A DNA stretch of 64,000 nt, from the NCBI GenBank assembly GCA_051294905.1, contig CM119377.1, positions 28,768,001 through 28,832,000 of the forward strand, read 5' to 3'. The position numbers were made by a program, and so were the translations under genes. The notes beneath the pieces are model-generated. The model did not search any database. It had not been told where the DNA came from and saw only the letters and a program-made list of their open reading frames with translations. Source of the DNA: Botryllus schlosseri (lineage: Eukaryota). This document shows positions 1 through 10,470 of the stretch, piece by piece (within the stretch, counting starts at the first letter, position 1; each line of letters starts with the position of its first letter).

Positions 1-53
1 TGATACCGGATTTCCATTGCAACGCGATAAAGATTGACGCATGAAGCTGGAAG

Positions 54-178
54 ATGGGTGGATTATCTCAATATGTCGCGAAACTCACGTGTCTCGCGTT
101 GCTTACGGTGGTCACAATGATTTTTCTCGGAAAGCAGTTACACTACGAAGCATATTCGACTCATGTTAACTATTCGCT
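54..178 (+). CDS. GT31 gene A, coding exon 1 (type II signal anchor)
   Basis: ATG54 MGGLSQYVAKLTCLALLTVVTMIFLGKQLHYEAYSTHVNYS(L). Hydrophobic anchor, donor CT|GTAAGT, phase 2. Homologous to 20952-21079. Confidence 0.8.
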
Positions 179-259
179 GTAAGTTGGAAGACACAACTCA
201 ACAGCGGCATTGGAAAACGTTATGTAAAGTCTAAGTCTGACTATACATAGTTTCTAGGG

Positions 260-859
260 CAGTGGTTGTTCACCGGTGTTCCATAAACCACTAGGACTTC
301 CGTGACCAAAGGGAGTTCCGTCTGCGACAACGCAGACAGTCAACTCATGCATTTGATTCGTGATGATACGCTCGTTATGGGAATCATTGGTTGCAAGTAA
401 TCATGCACAATCAGTAGTCGAATTGTGACTTTGCTGTTGGTACGTCGTGGCGTACGCAAGGGAGATTGGGGTTCGAAGTCCAAATTCCAACGTTCTAAAA
501 TGCCACTTTTAACTCCACTATTGATAAGCTCATTTGTAATTAAGCTGTTGTTATTACGCTGTTGCTTTTCGGCAGAACAATACGATGACAATTTCCAAGA
601 GGAGGTCTTGCATTTTACAGCTGGTCTCTGAATAGGAACAGCTGAAGTCACACTAATTTGCAATCAACAGTGATTATAAAGTTTTTGTTTTGCGTGCAAA
701 TATTTTTTAATGGTTACGTTGTTTTAACACTGTTGATACACAGTTCGTTTTGTGCCACAGTATTCTATGGTAATGCATTAAATGACTGTTTGGATGGGAT
801 TGGGTGGACTCAGAAAATATCGGGTTGAGCTAATGCTCATATTAGATTAAGAACCACTG
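260..859. mobile_element. hAT (Buster-type) MITE in gene A intron 1, shared with gene B (starts at 21158)
   Basis: CAGTGGTT...AAGAACCACTG ends; TSD TTCTAGGG/TTCTAAGG. Confidence 0.7.
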
Positions 860-1432
860 TTCTAAGGTTTTAACGTAGTCAGCATTTCACTTATAAATTT
901 TGCGCAAATCATCGTATAACTGCTTCTTATATTCAGAGGTGGTCAGTAACGAAGTCCTACTTTTCCAAGTACTCAAACAAGTTTTGCTCACTTCTGCTAT
1001 TTACTGTTTATGATTTGTGATTACTTTCACTTCTACTCAAACTGCTATCAGGCAAAATTATTCATTTTTGCACTGTGGATTCTGTAAAGTATAAAGTACG
1101 TCTGGGACTGGTTTGCATCACTATTATCTGTGAAATTGTCATGATAACTGAGTAAAAGATCCCTAAACATATTTTCGGAAACGTGCACCTATTTTTAGCG
1201 TCATTGGTCATTTTGGGTTAGTAGTGAAGATCCACCTGCAATGCATAGGCCCTACTTCCACAGGAAGTTGATAATTGATATTTATAATAAATTGCAATTA
1301 TGGCTATTTTTATGTTACCATAATACGTTCTGCCGAAGTACCGTAAATCTGCATCAAATACACTTCAGTCCAAGTTTAATGCACACCCTTTTCAGCGATA
1401 GTGATGACAGTAAATGCACATGTATTTTACAG

Positions 1433-1614
1433 AGATGCTCCTCCCACATCGCATCTCATCGGAAGACTTCCTACAACAAGTCTAAGCGCTTTTAACGTAT
1501 TGGGATATGGAAACACATCATTGATGACGAGAATGGATACCCCAAGAGAGGAGTTCGAATTCATTATACATCCAAGGAATAATAGCTGCAATGATGGGGC
1601 ATTTGGAAAACGAG
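1433..1614 (+). CDS. GT31 gene A, coding exon 2 (stem region)
   Basis: Acceptor TATTTTACAG|, 182 nt, phase 2 to 1, DAPPTSH...FEFIIHPRNNSCNDGAFGKR. Donor GAG|GTTGCC is weak but lies at the same position as the strong donor of gene C. Same length as the gene B exon. Confidence 0.75.
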
Positions 1615-2535
1615 GTTGCCCATTATGTCGTTGTGATCGCAACAGCCTATTTGATTGGACACTTGGTCCACATGAAAATTAATGTGTTACTATATAGACA
1701 GCGATTTCTTTTCAGATAATTCTGTTTGACACTATTGGCAGATATTGCACGCGTAGTAGCCTATTACACAGGTGATCATTGTAAGTTTTAATCATATACC
1801 GTTATAAAGGTATGGAAATGTTCTGTATCATGCTTGCATCACCCATTTAACTCTTAGCGTGAAAAAATCCATCCGCCTCCCAACGTTCAGTAACTAGGAG
1901 TGACTCAATTATTTACGATTTCTCGTCCACAACAATTCATCTTACTGTTGCAACCCTCGGTAACATGATATATAGGCGGGTGGCTGTCGGCAGACTCATA
2001 ATTTGAGCAAAGAATAGCGAAATAATAGTGCCCTCTTCAAGTATAGATGGTTCCCTCCAATTTTTCATCTTTAATCGATTATAGAACGGGTATTTGTCCC
2101 CTAACCACTTTGCCACGATTCAATTATTATCGCAAATATTGATGTTTAACATTTGTTGAAGCTTAGATAAAAGCAGACGCCAATATTTGCGATGATAATC
2201 GAATCTTAGCACAGTGGTGATTATCATCTTCCTGCTCCAAGCTATTGGTATCTGTTGATGACCACGTATACGACCATGATGGTGATAATATCTATGAAAC
2301 GGCTTTTGCCAAGACTAAATTAATACGCGCGTTTGATGTGATACCAAAAACCCACGGAAACATGGAAAACCTGGTTTCAAAATATTTTTATACCCAAAAT
2401 TCTATGGTTTTGCCAATATCTTTTCAACGGCTAAAACGCGCGCTTGACGTAACTGCTTGAGTTGTGCAAAAAGCTACAGCTTCTTGGAGGTACGGAGCTT
2501 CAATATACAGTTGAATAGATTATTCATATTGAAAT

Positions 2536-2581
2536 GAGCCAGAATATTTTCGGCTGACACTCGTCAGGGGTAATCGTCAGC
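2536..2581 (-). ncRNA. Minimal type I hammerhead ribozyme motif
   Basis: GCTGACGATTACCC-CTGACGA-GTGTCAGCC-GAAA-ATATT-C: intact core, palindromic stem III (AATATT), UUC cleavage triplet; stem I partly mismatched. Confidence 0.5.
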
Positions 2582-2867
2582 AACTAGTGGGGAATTGGGA
2601 AGAACATTGTATATCAACAATCGTGTCGCAGAATATGAAGTCACCAGCATGAAATGTCGAATACGAGAGCGTCCAGTGTACTAATTTTAGATGATACACG
2701 AACTCTTTTTGTTGACACAGCCTTGGCTGGTGTGTTTTGATAAAAGCCGACTCCGAGGCATGCAAGTGGAAGCGTGACGCTCTCGTATTCGACATTTCTT
2801 GCTGGTGACGTCCTCTTTTGTGATACGATTGTTGATATACGATGTTCTTTTGAATTCTCTACTAGTT

Positions 2868-2912
2868 ACTGACGATTACCAATGACGAGGGTCAGCCGAA
2901 AACATTCGTTCA
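2868..2912 (+). ncRNA. Second hammerhead motif (inverted copy) with the core mutated CUGA>AUGA
   Basis: ACTGACGATTACCA-ATGACGA-GGGTCAGCC-GAAA-ACATT-C. Confidence 0.4.
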
Positions 2913-3329
2913 TTTCAATACAAAATGATACCAAAAAATTATCATTTAACCCACGGGAACATAGATAAACCTGATTTTAAACCATCTGAATTCCACGATT
3001 TCCTCAATATCTCTTAAGATGCATTGGATATCACACATAATAATGAAAAGTGAAGTTTACAAATGTTCAGATTATGTCAACGTTAAAACTAATAGGTTGC
3101 GTATCAGCCTTACGAAAGCACTACAATGAAGAATTTCCACTCTGCGGGCATGTACTTTATTAACAATAAAATAAACAATGCAATAATATCAAAGTCTGTC
3201 GGAGCGGATCAATTGAGTAGCAGCCTTCCTTCCACTTACCCCAAACTACAACTCGAATAGCGGCAATGACTTATTCTTACAGATCTCGCGGTTTACACAT
3301 TCCAGCATTATGTTATTGATGTTTTATAG

Positions 3330-3549
3330 CGCTGTGGTCTATGATCGTTTGCGTGAAATCCAACATCAAGAACGCGAAACGACGCAATATTATCAGGCGG
3401 ACGTGGGGAGCACAAAAACTACTTCAAGCCGTTCGCCTCGTGGTTATTTTTGTGGTCGGAAAAGACGACAGAATGAATAGGACTGAGATTGACAAGGAAC
3501 AGAAGCGATACGGGGATTTGCTTCAGATCGGTATCAAAGAAACGTACAC
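3330..3549 (+). CDS. GT31 gene A, coding exon 3
   Basis: Acceptor GTTTTATAG|, 220 nt. Motifs KSN..N..RRNIIRRTWG, FVVG, EQKRYGDLLQ..ETY. Donor AC|GTATGA, phase 2. Confidence 0.9.
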
Positions 3550-4517
3550 GTATGATGCGCCATGGGCATCCTACAATTCTCTCTAATGTAACACTTTAGA
3601 ATTATCACTAAGGCTGGGCAAAATCGATTATTAGGACTCGTGTCGAGTCTAGTATTTGAGTATCACTCAATATGAGGTCATAACTGTGTGGAAGATGAGG
3701 AAAGTTCAAATAAGTACGTTTTATGCAACCGCAAAATACATATTGCCACTTCCAAATCACATTAAATACAATTTGGATTTCATTACGCGTTGTGACAATG
3801 CTCTGGGTCGATCACGACTTCACATGTATTTTCACTAAAGTGGGTTGCTTTGTACTGCACTCAGTTAGGGTTTCATTTAAAGCAAATGACTGTTTAAACA
3901 TGTTTTAATCAGTGTTTTCAACAAATGCCCTTTGAAAAGAATTGTGTTTTTTTAAGTTGTATAATCTTGGAATAATTTTTTAAATACTTCCCAAAAACAT
4001 CTAGTATGCATCTACGGATGATTTACAGTTTACACTATAGATATAGCCAACGTAAGCGATATGGAATGGTTGGAACCCTCGAAATAGTCGGCTATAGTAC
4101 GCACGATCATTGGTACGTAATGAATGTTCTGGTGATGATGACGGCCGACCGTAAAAATGCTGCATGACGATGTAGTCCTGATTAAGAATATTCTAGGTCC
4201 GTATGTGACAGGGGTTGGAAGCGTATTTCGTCAAAAGAGCTATATTTACCCTATATTTTCCATTGTTAATCGACTATGACGTCACAATTGAATATGTGTG
4301 ACGTGATGCCTTGAAAAAAAAAACAATAAAAAACATTTATAAACAAGGACCCTGTTTGAAACATGTTTGTTTTAAATGGAACCGTACACACAGTGCTTCC
4401 AATGTGGAAAATGCTATCGAGATTAAAATTCCCCATGATATATTAACTCTTAGTGGCATGGAGCGTATAATTTTTGTATTTGGTAGAATCTTATTTCAGA
4501 ACTCGACTTGAATCATT

Positions 4518-6421
4518 CAGTGGCGGCTCGTCCTATAGGGCAACTGGGGCATTGCCCCACCTAAAATTCTGTTCAATAACAATTCTTTACCATTTATAGA
4601 CGCACACCTATCTATATAAACCGAAATCACAGCGAAAATCGTATACTTCTTGTCCTTTCGCTTGTAAATGCCCATATATAGCGAAGTCTATGCGAAAATC
4701 GAATTCTCTTCTGTGTTTTCGCTTTGCGAATGCCTAGCCGGGGCTTGCCCCGGTAGCGCTCATAACAAGCTTTCACTGTCTATTCTCTCAAAACCGCGCA
4801 CAATAAAGAAACGGTGATTTACTCTCTCCTATTCATAAAATGACCGAGCAACCGGGGCACGATAGCTCTGTGCCCTTAAGGTGTGATGTACCAATCGTAT
4901 CTATAGCTGAACTCTGTTACCGTCATATGCGTTTAGTCGACCTTTGCTGGTATAGGTCGATTTTAATGGGGTTTCACACCATGAAAACTCTTGAAACTTG
5001 TTATGTCATGTCGTGATGGTGGTATTTAACACTGCCCCAAGTTTCAGGGTTTCTACTTAAAGTTTAGGGTAGTAATTCCGTTTCCGAAGTTGAGTGTGTG
5101 CTGATCCGTCATGTATCGCAAACAGATTTTACTCAAAAGCCGGTATTGGTATCCATTGGTTTTGACAGTGTTCAATACTGAGATCGGTTATGACATTTGG
5201 CACGGTAAGTCTTAATGTTAGTATCGAACGCTGTACCAAGTTTTAAGTTTGTCACTGAACTGTGTTAGTGGTAATTTCGTTTCCTAATTCGAGTGAGAGC
5301 TGACTCGTCATTTATCGCTAACAGATTATACGCAAAGCCGGTATTGGTCTCTATTGATTTTAACGATGCTCCTTACCTAGATCCGTCATAAGCTTTTGCA
5401 CGGTATGTCTTGATTTTAGTATCGAAGGCTGTGCCAAGTCTCAAGGTTGACACTCAATGATTAGGGCAGTAATTTCGTTATCAAGGTCGAGTATGGTAAA
5501 GATGTGCTCCGATCTGACACTTTAGCCTACAACACATTGCGGATTTCACGCAAAAGCCGGTGTATCTGCGGTAACGTTAAGTGAGATGATGATATCATTC
5601 TCAGTTTGCATTCAAATATTTACTTTGATCGAATATTCTCCAATGTCAATTTCACCGTGAAATTGTGGCCTTCAAGCCATTTGCGTACAACCCCCCCCCC
5701 CCCCCCCCGTCACTTGATCAGCCTATTCCTCAGTAAATTTTACGCAAAAATTCGGTGTTGGTCTGTTCGCATTAATTTTGACAGTGTACCATACCGAAAA
5801 GGGCCATGAGGCCACTTCTCGATAATGTCATGTAACAGTGTACCAAGTTTAGGGCTTTCATCCACGTATTTATTCGGTAATATATTTTTCAAAGGCGATT
5901 TCGCAGCAGACCTATAAGACAGTAATAAAAACGTATGTGTCGTGTTACAGTCTCCAGTTTCAAGGCCAAAATCTCTTATGCTGTACCGAGACCAAATTTC
6001 CGAGGCTGCTATTCTTAGTCCTTTACAATGATGTTTTGGATTCAATAGGACAGGCCCAATCTATGAGATAACAATTGCGTATCTGTCCGAATTCGTTGAC
6101 CTTTCCAATTAGGCTTACGCTATCTCTCGAGTTATAGTCATTTCCATTTCTGCAGATAATTAGTCAGGTCTAATGCGAACATGAACCGTGTTGAATCTTT
6201 GTTCCGTACGCCGTTTACGCAGTTACCACACTTCAAGTCACAGCTCACCAGCGGACCTCTCGTGGCACATACGTTAAAATCAGTGTTGCCGGGAAATTCA
6301 TGTTACCGTACCATCATTAAGTTACTTGTTTACGTTGGAAAACGCCATTTTGACGTCATCTTGATAAAAAGTCGCTTGCAGCCCTTGCCCCACCACCCGA
6401 TATTGTCACGAGCCGCCACTG
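4518..6421. mobile_element. 1.9-kb non-autonomous DNA transposon (hAT- or P-type) in gene A intron 3
   Basis: Perfect 14-bp TIR CAGTGGCGGCTCGT/ACGAGCCGCCACTG; exact 8-bp TSD GAATCATT (4510-4517, 6422-6429). No transposase ORF. Confidence 0.9.
4930..5960 (+). repeat. Diverged ~200-bp tandem array (about 5 units) with a C18 tract at 5691-5708
   Basis: GTAATT(C/T)CGTT at 5072, 5271, 5469; CCAAGT at 5037, 5236, 5434, 5843; AAGCCGG at 5137, 5335, 5554. Confidence 0.75.
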
Positions 6422-6496
6422 GAATCATTACAGTTAATCCTAGATTTAGACTCGAGTCATTGTGTCCAGCTGTAATTATCACTCTCCAACGCGCAG

Positions 6497-7046
6497 GAAT
6501 GTTGGCTGGAAAGTACTCGCCGGAATGCAATGGGTCCAGACGAACTGCCAGAGTGATTGGTTTTACTCGTCAGCTGACGACGACATGATGCCCGATCTCC
6601 GCAAAGTCTACGGCGAGATACAAAACCAAATGGATGGCGATCATTTCGAAAACACGCCTATCATTTGCCAGAACAGCCTGCGCAGCAACGAAGGACCGAT
6701 CAGAGATAAGCGTTACCGAAACTCAGTTCCATACGAGCACTACTCCAAGGATTCTTATCCAAGTTTTTGCACGGGTGGTTTTTATTCGATGCCCGCATCG
6801 ATGTCGAACGCCATCTATCAAGTGTCTAGGTATCACAACTATTTTTATAACGACGACGTGTGGGTAACCGCCCTATTGCGACTTTCGGCCGTTGATGCGG
6901 GCCTCGTCTGGTGTATAAATGTGACTGATCAGTTCTGTGCAATAGCGAAATTCAACGGAGGGTCGGTTCAGCATGCTTTCTGCAACGAGAAGATAATGTC
7001 GGACAAGTTGTCAAACGTGTATCCCCCTCCATATAAACCAAAATGA
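6497..7046 (+). CDS. GT31 gene A, coding exon 4 (catalytic core); joined CDS 1077 nt = 358 aa beta-1,3-glycosyltransferase-like protein
   Basis: Acceptor CCAACGCGCAG|G AAT. Motifs NVGWK, SADDD (DxD), YPSFCTGGFY, NDDVW; stop TGA 7044-7046. The four exons (125+182+220+550) join in frame. Confidence 0.92.
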
Positions 7047-7131
7047 AGGAAAATACTTCACGTTTTTGATAACCTGTTGCTTTCGGTAGGGTGGTGAAGG
7101 TATGTCGAACTTGAGCAGGGGGCGATTAGCA

Positions 7132-7305
7132 AGGTTGTAATGAGACGAGTTCCGACCCGAGCCGCGATTTTTGGTGATTCGACTTGACTAGAGTCGCAAT
7201 TTTTGGTGATTTATAACCGCAATTTTTGGTGATTCGACTCAATTTAGAGCCGCGATTTTTGGTGATTGGACTTGACTATAGAGTCGCGACTTTTGGTTTT
7301 CGACT
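7132..7305 (+). repeat. Left end of a GACTCGAGTCAAGTC-type MITE with short tandem subterminal units
   Basis: Repeated GC(A/G)ATTTTTGGTGATT units. Related ends at about 21570-21673, 43561-43720 and 58750-58905. Confidence 0.55.
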
Positions 7306-7939
7306 ATAACGGCGTTCTAGCATGCGGTTCTCTATTCACGCCGGATTGAATTCCAGGCACCCACAATAACGCACTGTGATAAAAAGCTATCACGTATGAT
7401 AAAAAGCTATCACCAAAGAACGGGCATTTTCGTCAGAGCGTAGACGGCGTACGGTATCTCTGCGTGTGCGACTCCGAATCGACATGAGCAAGTGCAGCAT
7501 GGTCAGCGCAGGTTTATCCTCTGGCAACTCTTAATTTAAATCAGTGTTTTTCAAACTGTTTCCAATAATCACCATATTTTGCTTTACCACAAGACGTACA
7601 ACCAACTTGTTTTTTTACTATACAAGTGGTACCACCTGAATTACGTATTTTACTTGAATGTTTGTTGGTTATCTCTGTTCGGATAACAAGAAAGCACAAT
7701 TTTATGAGATAATTGCAACTATTTTTTATGCAGAAGCTTGCCAATCTGAGGTAGGCCTACGACATTACTCAGAGGACTCTTCGCGTATACCACCTAACAA
7801 GCTTTCGTGTACGACTGTGGTACGCGCGTCCACACTTTGAGAACCACTGGCTAATTACTCATTAGTTAATTTGCTCAGCTTTCATAAGCCCCCGCAGTCC
7901 TATTTTGCGAAATACCTAGTGGTCAATATTTTTCGAACC

Positions 7940-8321
7940 GATCTGTAGACCATCAGTGTTGTGCTGATGACGAAATTGGCGGTATGACGAATAACCACGT
8001 CCCAGCATATAGTAATGCACGGCATATCTCGCATACCCGGGTTTAGCGCGTCATATATGAATAATTTAAACATGCTTGGTTACAAAAAGGTAGCGCCAAG
8101 GCAACAATTCCTAATTTTTTGAACGATTACCGAAAATTTTTATGAATTCAGCCAAAAGTATTAGCATAGCATCTTATAAAATACATCGGAGCCGGAGCTA
8201 CATTTTAAAGAACCGGCTCCAGCTCCCGCTCCATCAGAATTTTTTTAGAGCTCCGACTCCGTTTAAAATACACGGCTCCTGGACTGCGGCTCCTTGCTCT
8301 GGCTCCGGCTCCAAAGCCCTG
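7940..8321 (-). mobile_element. GGAGCC-repeat hAT-like family member
   Basis: End CAGGGCTTTGGAGCCGGAGC on the - strand. Internal sequence shared with about 18020-18320 and 49850-50270; related ends at 19470-19597 and 53140-53268. Confidence 0.6.
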
Positions 8322-9426
8322 CTACAATCAGGTAAAATGAATGATTAAAGACATTGACATGACTGTGAATTTGCGGAAGCTCAGGGCCGATGCAGTGCAA
8401 ACGTACGCGCGTTGTTTAGTTTTGCACGATAATACTGTTGCATGTTATATAATTTGCACAAATGTTACACGGAAAGTATAATAAATACGAATTACAACTT
8501 ACATAGCGCCGTTTTATACCGTTCCTTGATATGATGTAATCTCAAAGATGATCCAGTACTGGGGTGTCGCTGGGCCATCAACCACTGCACTATAGCATTT
8601 GATACATGCGAACTTATTGTGCGACCAGAGTCATGGACAATTCCGCTCGAGGTCGAATTGGAAAAAAAAATATTGGCTTAAAGACTACAAAAGCTCCCAA
8701 CGACGTGCATACGTTTGTAAGACACAGTTTCGTAGTAACATCAATTGACTATATAAAATTTCTTCGCTGACTTCATCACGCGGGATAAGTGCAACGCTGC
8801 AGAAATGTGTGTCGCGAATTTCGCATAGGGCTTGAGAAGCGGTGACATGAGATCTCGATAGCACAGAGATTGCTAAGGGTGGAATGATCCGTTTCGCAAA
8901 AAGCTGCAGTTCGAATACCATGGCTTTCTAAGGTAATTGACTCGTACCAAGACTTTGTTCGCCCCTTCAACTCTAATTTGACACCTCATCATATTGGGAG
9001 CGCAGTACCCCTTCAAGCATAATCGCATGCTGGCTCTAACTTCCTGTCAGTTTACAGCTGTTCAGTTCCTAATGTACACATAGGCCTACACTAATCCAGT
9101 CTCACAATGCCAAGTTGTGGTATATGAGATCAGTTATTTTTAATCACAAATTTTAAAACCGTGGGTATTTGGCTCTGAAGGACGCAAAAGAAATGAGATG
9201 TACTGCTTTCATAGTCATGCCCATTGTCCGTACACTGTGGTGCAACATGGGCGAAAAGTTAAGGTACATCCTTTCCAGCAGATGTATCAATACCAATCAT
9301 TTAGGCTATTGGTTGATAGGAATTAACCATATTTGTGCACTGACTTTTGAACAAAATGGTCAATTTGGTTCAATATTCCTAAAATGACGACTCGAGTTTG
9401 GGTCGCGGCCCATGCGCCACAAAAGT

Positions 9427-9512
9427 TCCTTCGATCCGGATTCGAACAAGCGACCTATGGATATTTGCGTCAGTCCTACATTCCACCGCTCTACCAATTG
9501 AGCTATCGAAGG
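9427..9512 (-). tRNA. tRNA-Tyr(GTA) with 13-nt intron, probably degenerate or a pseudogene
   Basis: CCTTCGA TA GCTC AATTGGTA GAGC G GTGGA AT GTA G [GACTGACGCAAAT] A TCCAT AGGTC GCTTG TTCGAAT CCGGA TCGAAGG A, followed by ACTTTT (Pol III terminator). Two T-stem mispairs and A32. Confidence 0.85.
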
Positions 9513-10159
9513 ACATACCCAGGGGCCACTTTCAAAACAGGTTTAATGGAATCGTCGCTTATATGAGTTGAGCTCGGTACGGTAAGTATTGATCAGGGTT
9601 ATTGTTTAGTGCTCATAGTTGCTCATCACTGGTGGCGTTAAGGTACAGCAAACAAAATAATGATAATGCGTTACTTATTACACACATTGCATATTGTGTA
9701 ATAAGTAACTTATATACCGTGCCAAAGTGCTATAACAACTTATGGCATTTGCAAACCGCAGTGCCGAAGACATGTTGAGAGAGCTAGCTGCGGATGTAAT
9801 GGACCTATAGCATGCTGGCATAATATTAAAGCGAGATTGTTTGAACTTAAGGACTCATAGCAACAGAATGTCCGCCTGGGATTAATCATCCTACTGTGTG
9901 TAAATTGATACAAACTGATTAATGTTAATACCGATACTTAATACTGATACAAACATATTGGTGTTATTTTTAAGAAAATACAAATTGCCGCTGACTATCA
10001 CTAGCGCACAGTTATTATTTACACAGGAAAGATGGTGGTAGCACGATGATTGCGAAAAACTTCAAACAAAGACCAATTGAGGGGGTCCACGAAGAAAAAG
10101 GGTTGTGAACCATTGCTTAAAACTATACCCAGAGCCTGGAAGAGATTATCATAATCATA

Positions 10160-10470
10160 ATCACCGGTATTGACGAGCTACCACAAGGCATCCAGAGCTG
10201 TTACATCAGGCCCCTTATTAGGAATGGTAATAAATGACTCGCCTTCTCCCAATAAGACAGATGTATTAATGTAGTCAACAAGAGAATCACCAATTTTATC
10301 ACATGCCTTAGCTTAAACTTGATCACTAATATCATCTGGCTTGAGGGTCATAATATTTTGCTAGACTCGTGGTGAACTAAATCGTTCTTCCATGGATTGA
10401 ATGAAAGTCTCCATCATCACGTTCAATACATCAACTTCATTCTTCCTGTAGGCTGAGAAAACTTATTCAC
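10160..10470 (-). pseudogene. hAT transposase relic
   Basis: One frame with several stops: YRKNEVDVLNVMMETFIQSMEERFS..., resembling the hAT YRxN...LxxRFS segment. A hAT-type end lies nearby at about 10080-10115. Confidence 0.4.

Larger units (their letters stand above)
2470..2920 (-). mobile_element. 5'-truncated Penelope-like retroelement with inverted pseudo-LTRs (gene A intron 2)
   Basis: Inverted arms 2527-2673 and 2776-2920. The spacer encodes on the - strand LHASESAFIKTHQPRLCQQKEFVYHLKL, resembling a PLE GIY-YIG C-terminus. Each arm has a hammerhead-like core. Absent from the homologous intron of gene B. Confidence 0.65.

Noticed and set aside
4930-5960. CRISPR-like array
   Set aside because: Eukaryotic context, whole ~200-bp units are homologous (no unique spacers), and there are no cas genes.
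7965-7985. CTGATGACGAAA (also about 50205-50220 on the - strand) as a hammerhead core
   Set aside because: No room for stem II between CUGAUGA and GAAA and no stem I/III pairing; it lies inside a DNA-transposon family.
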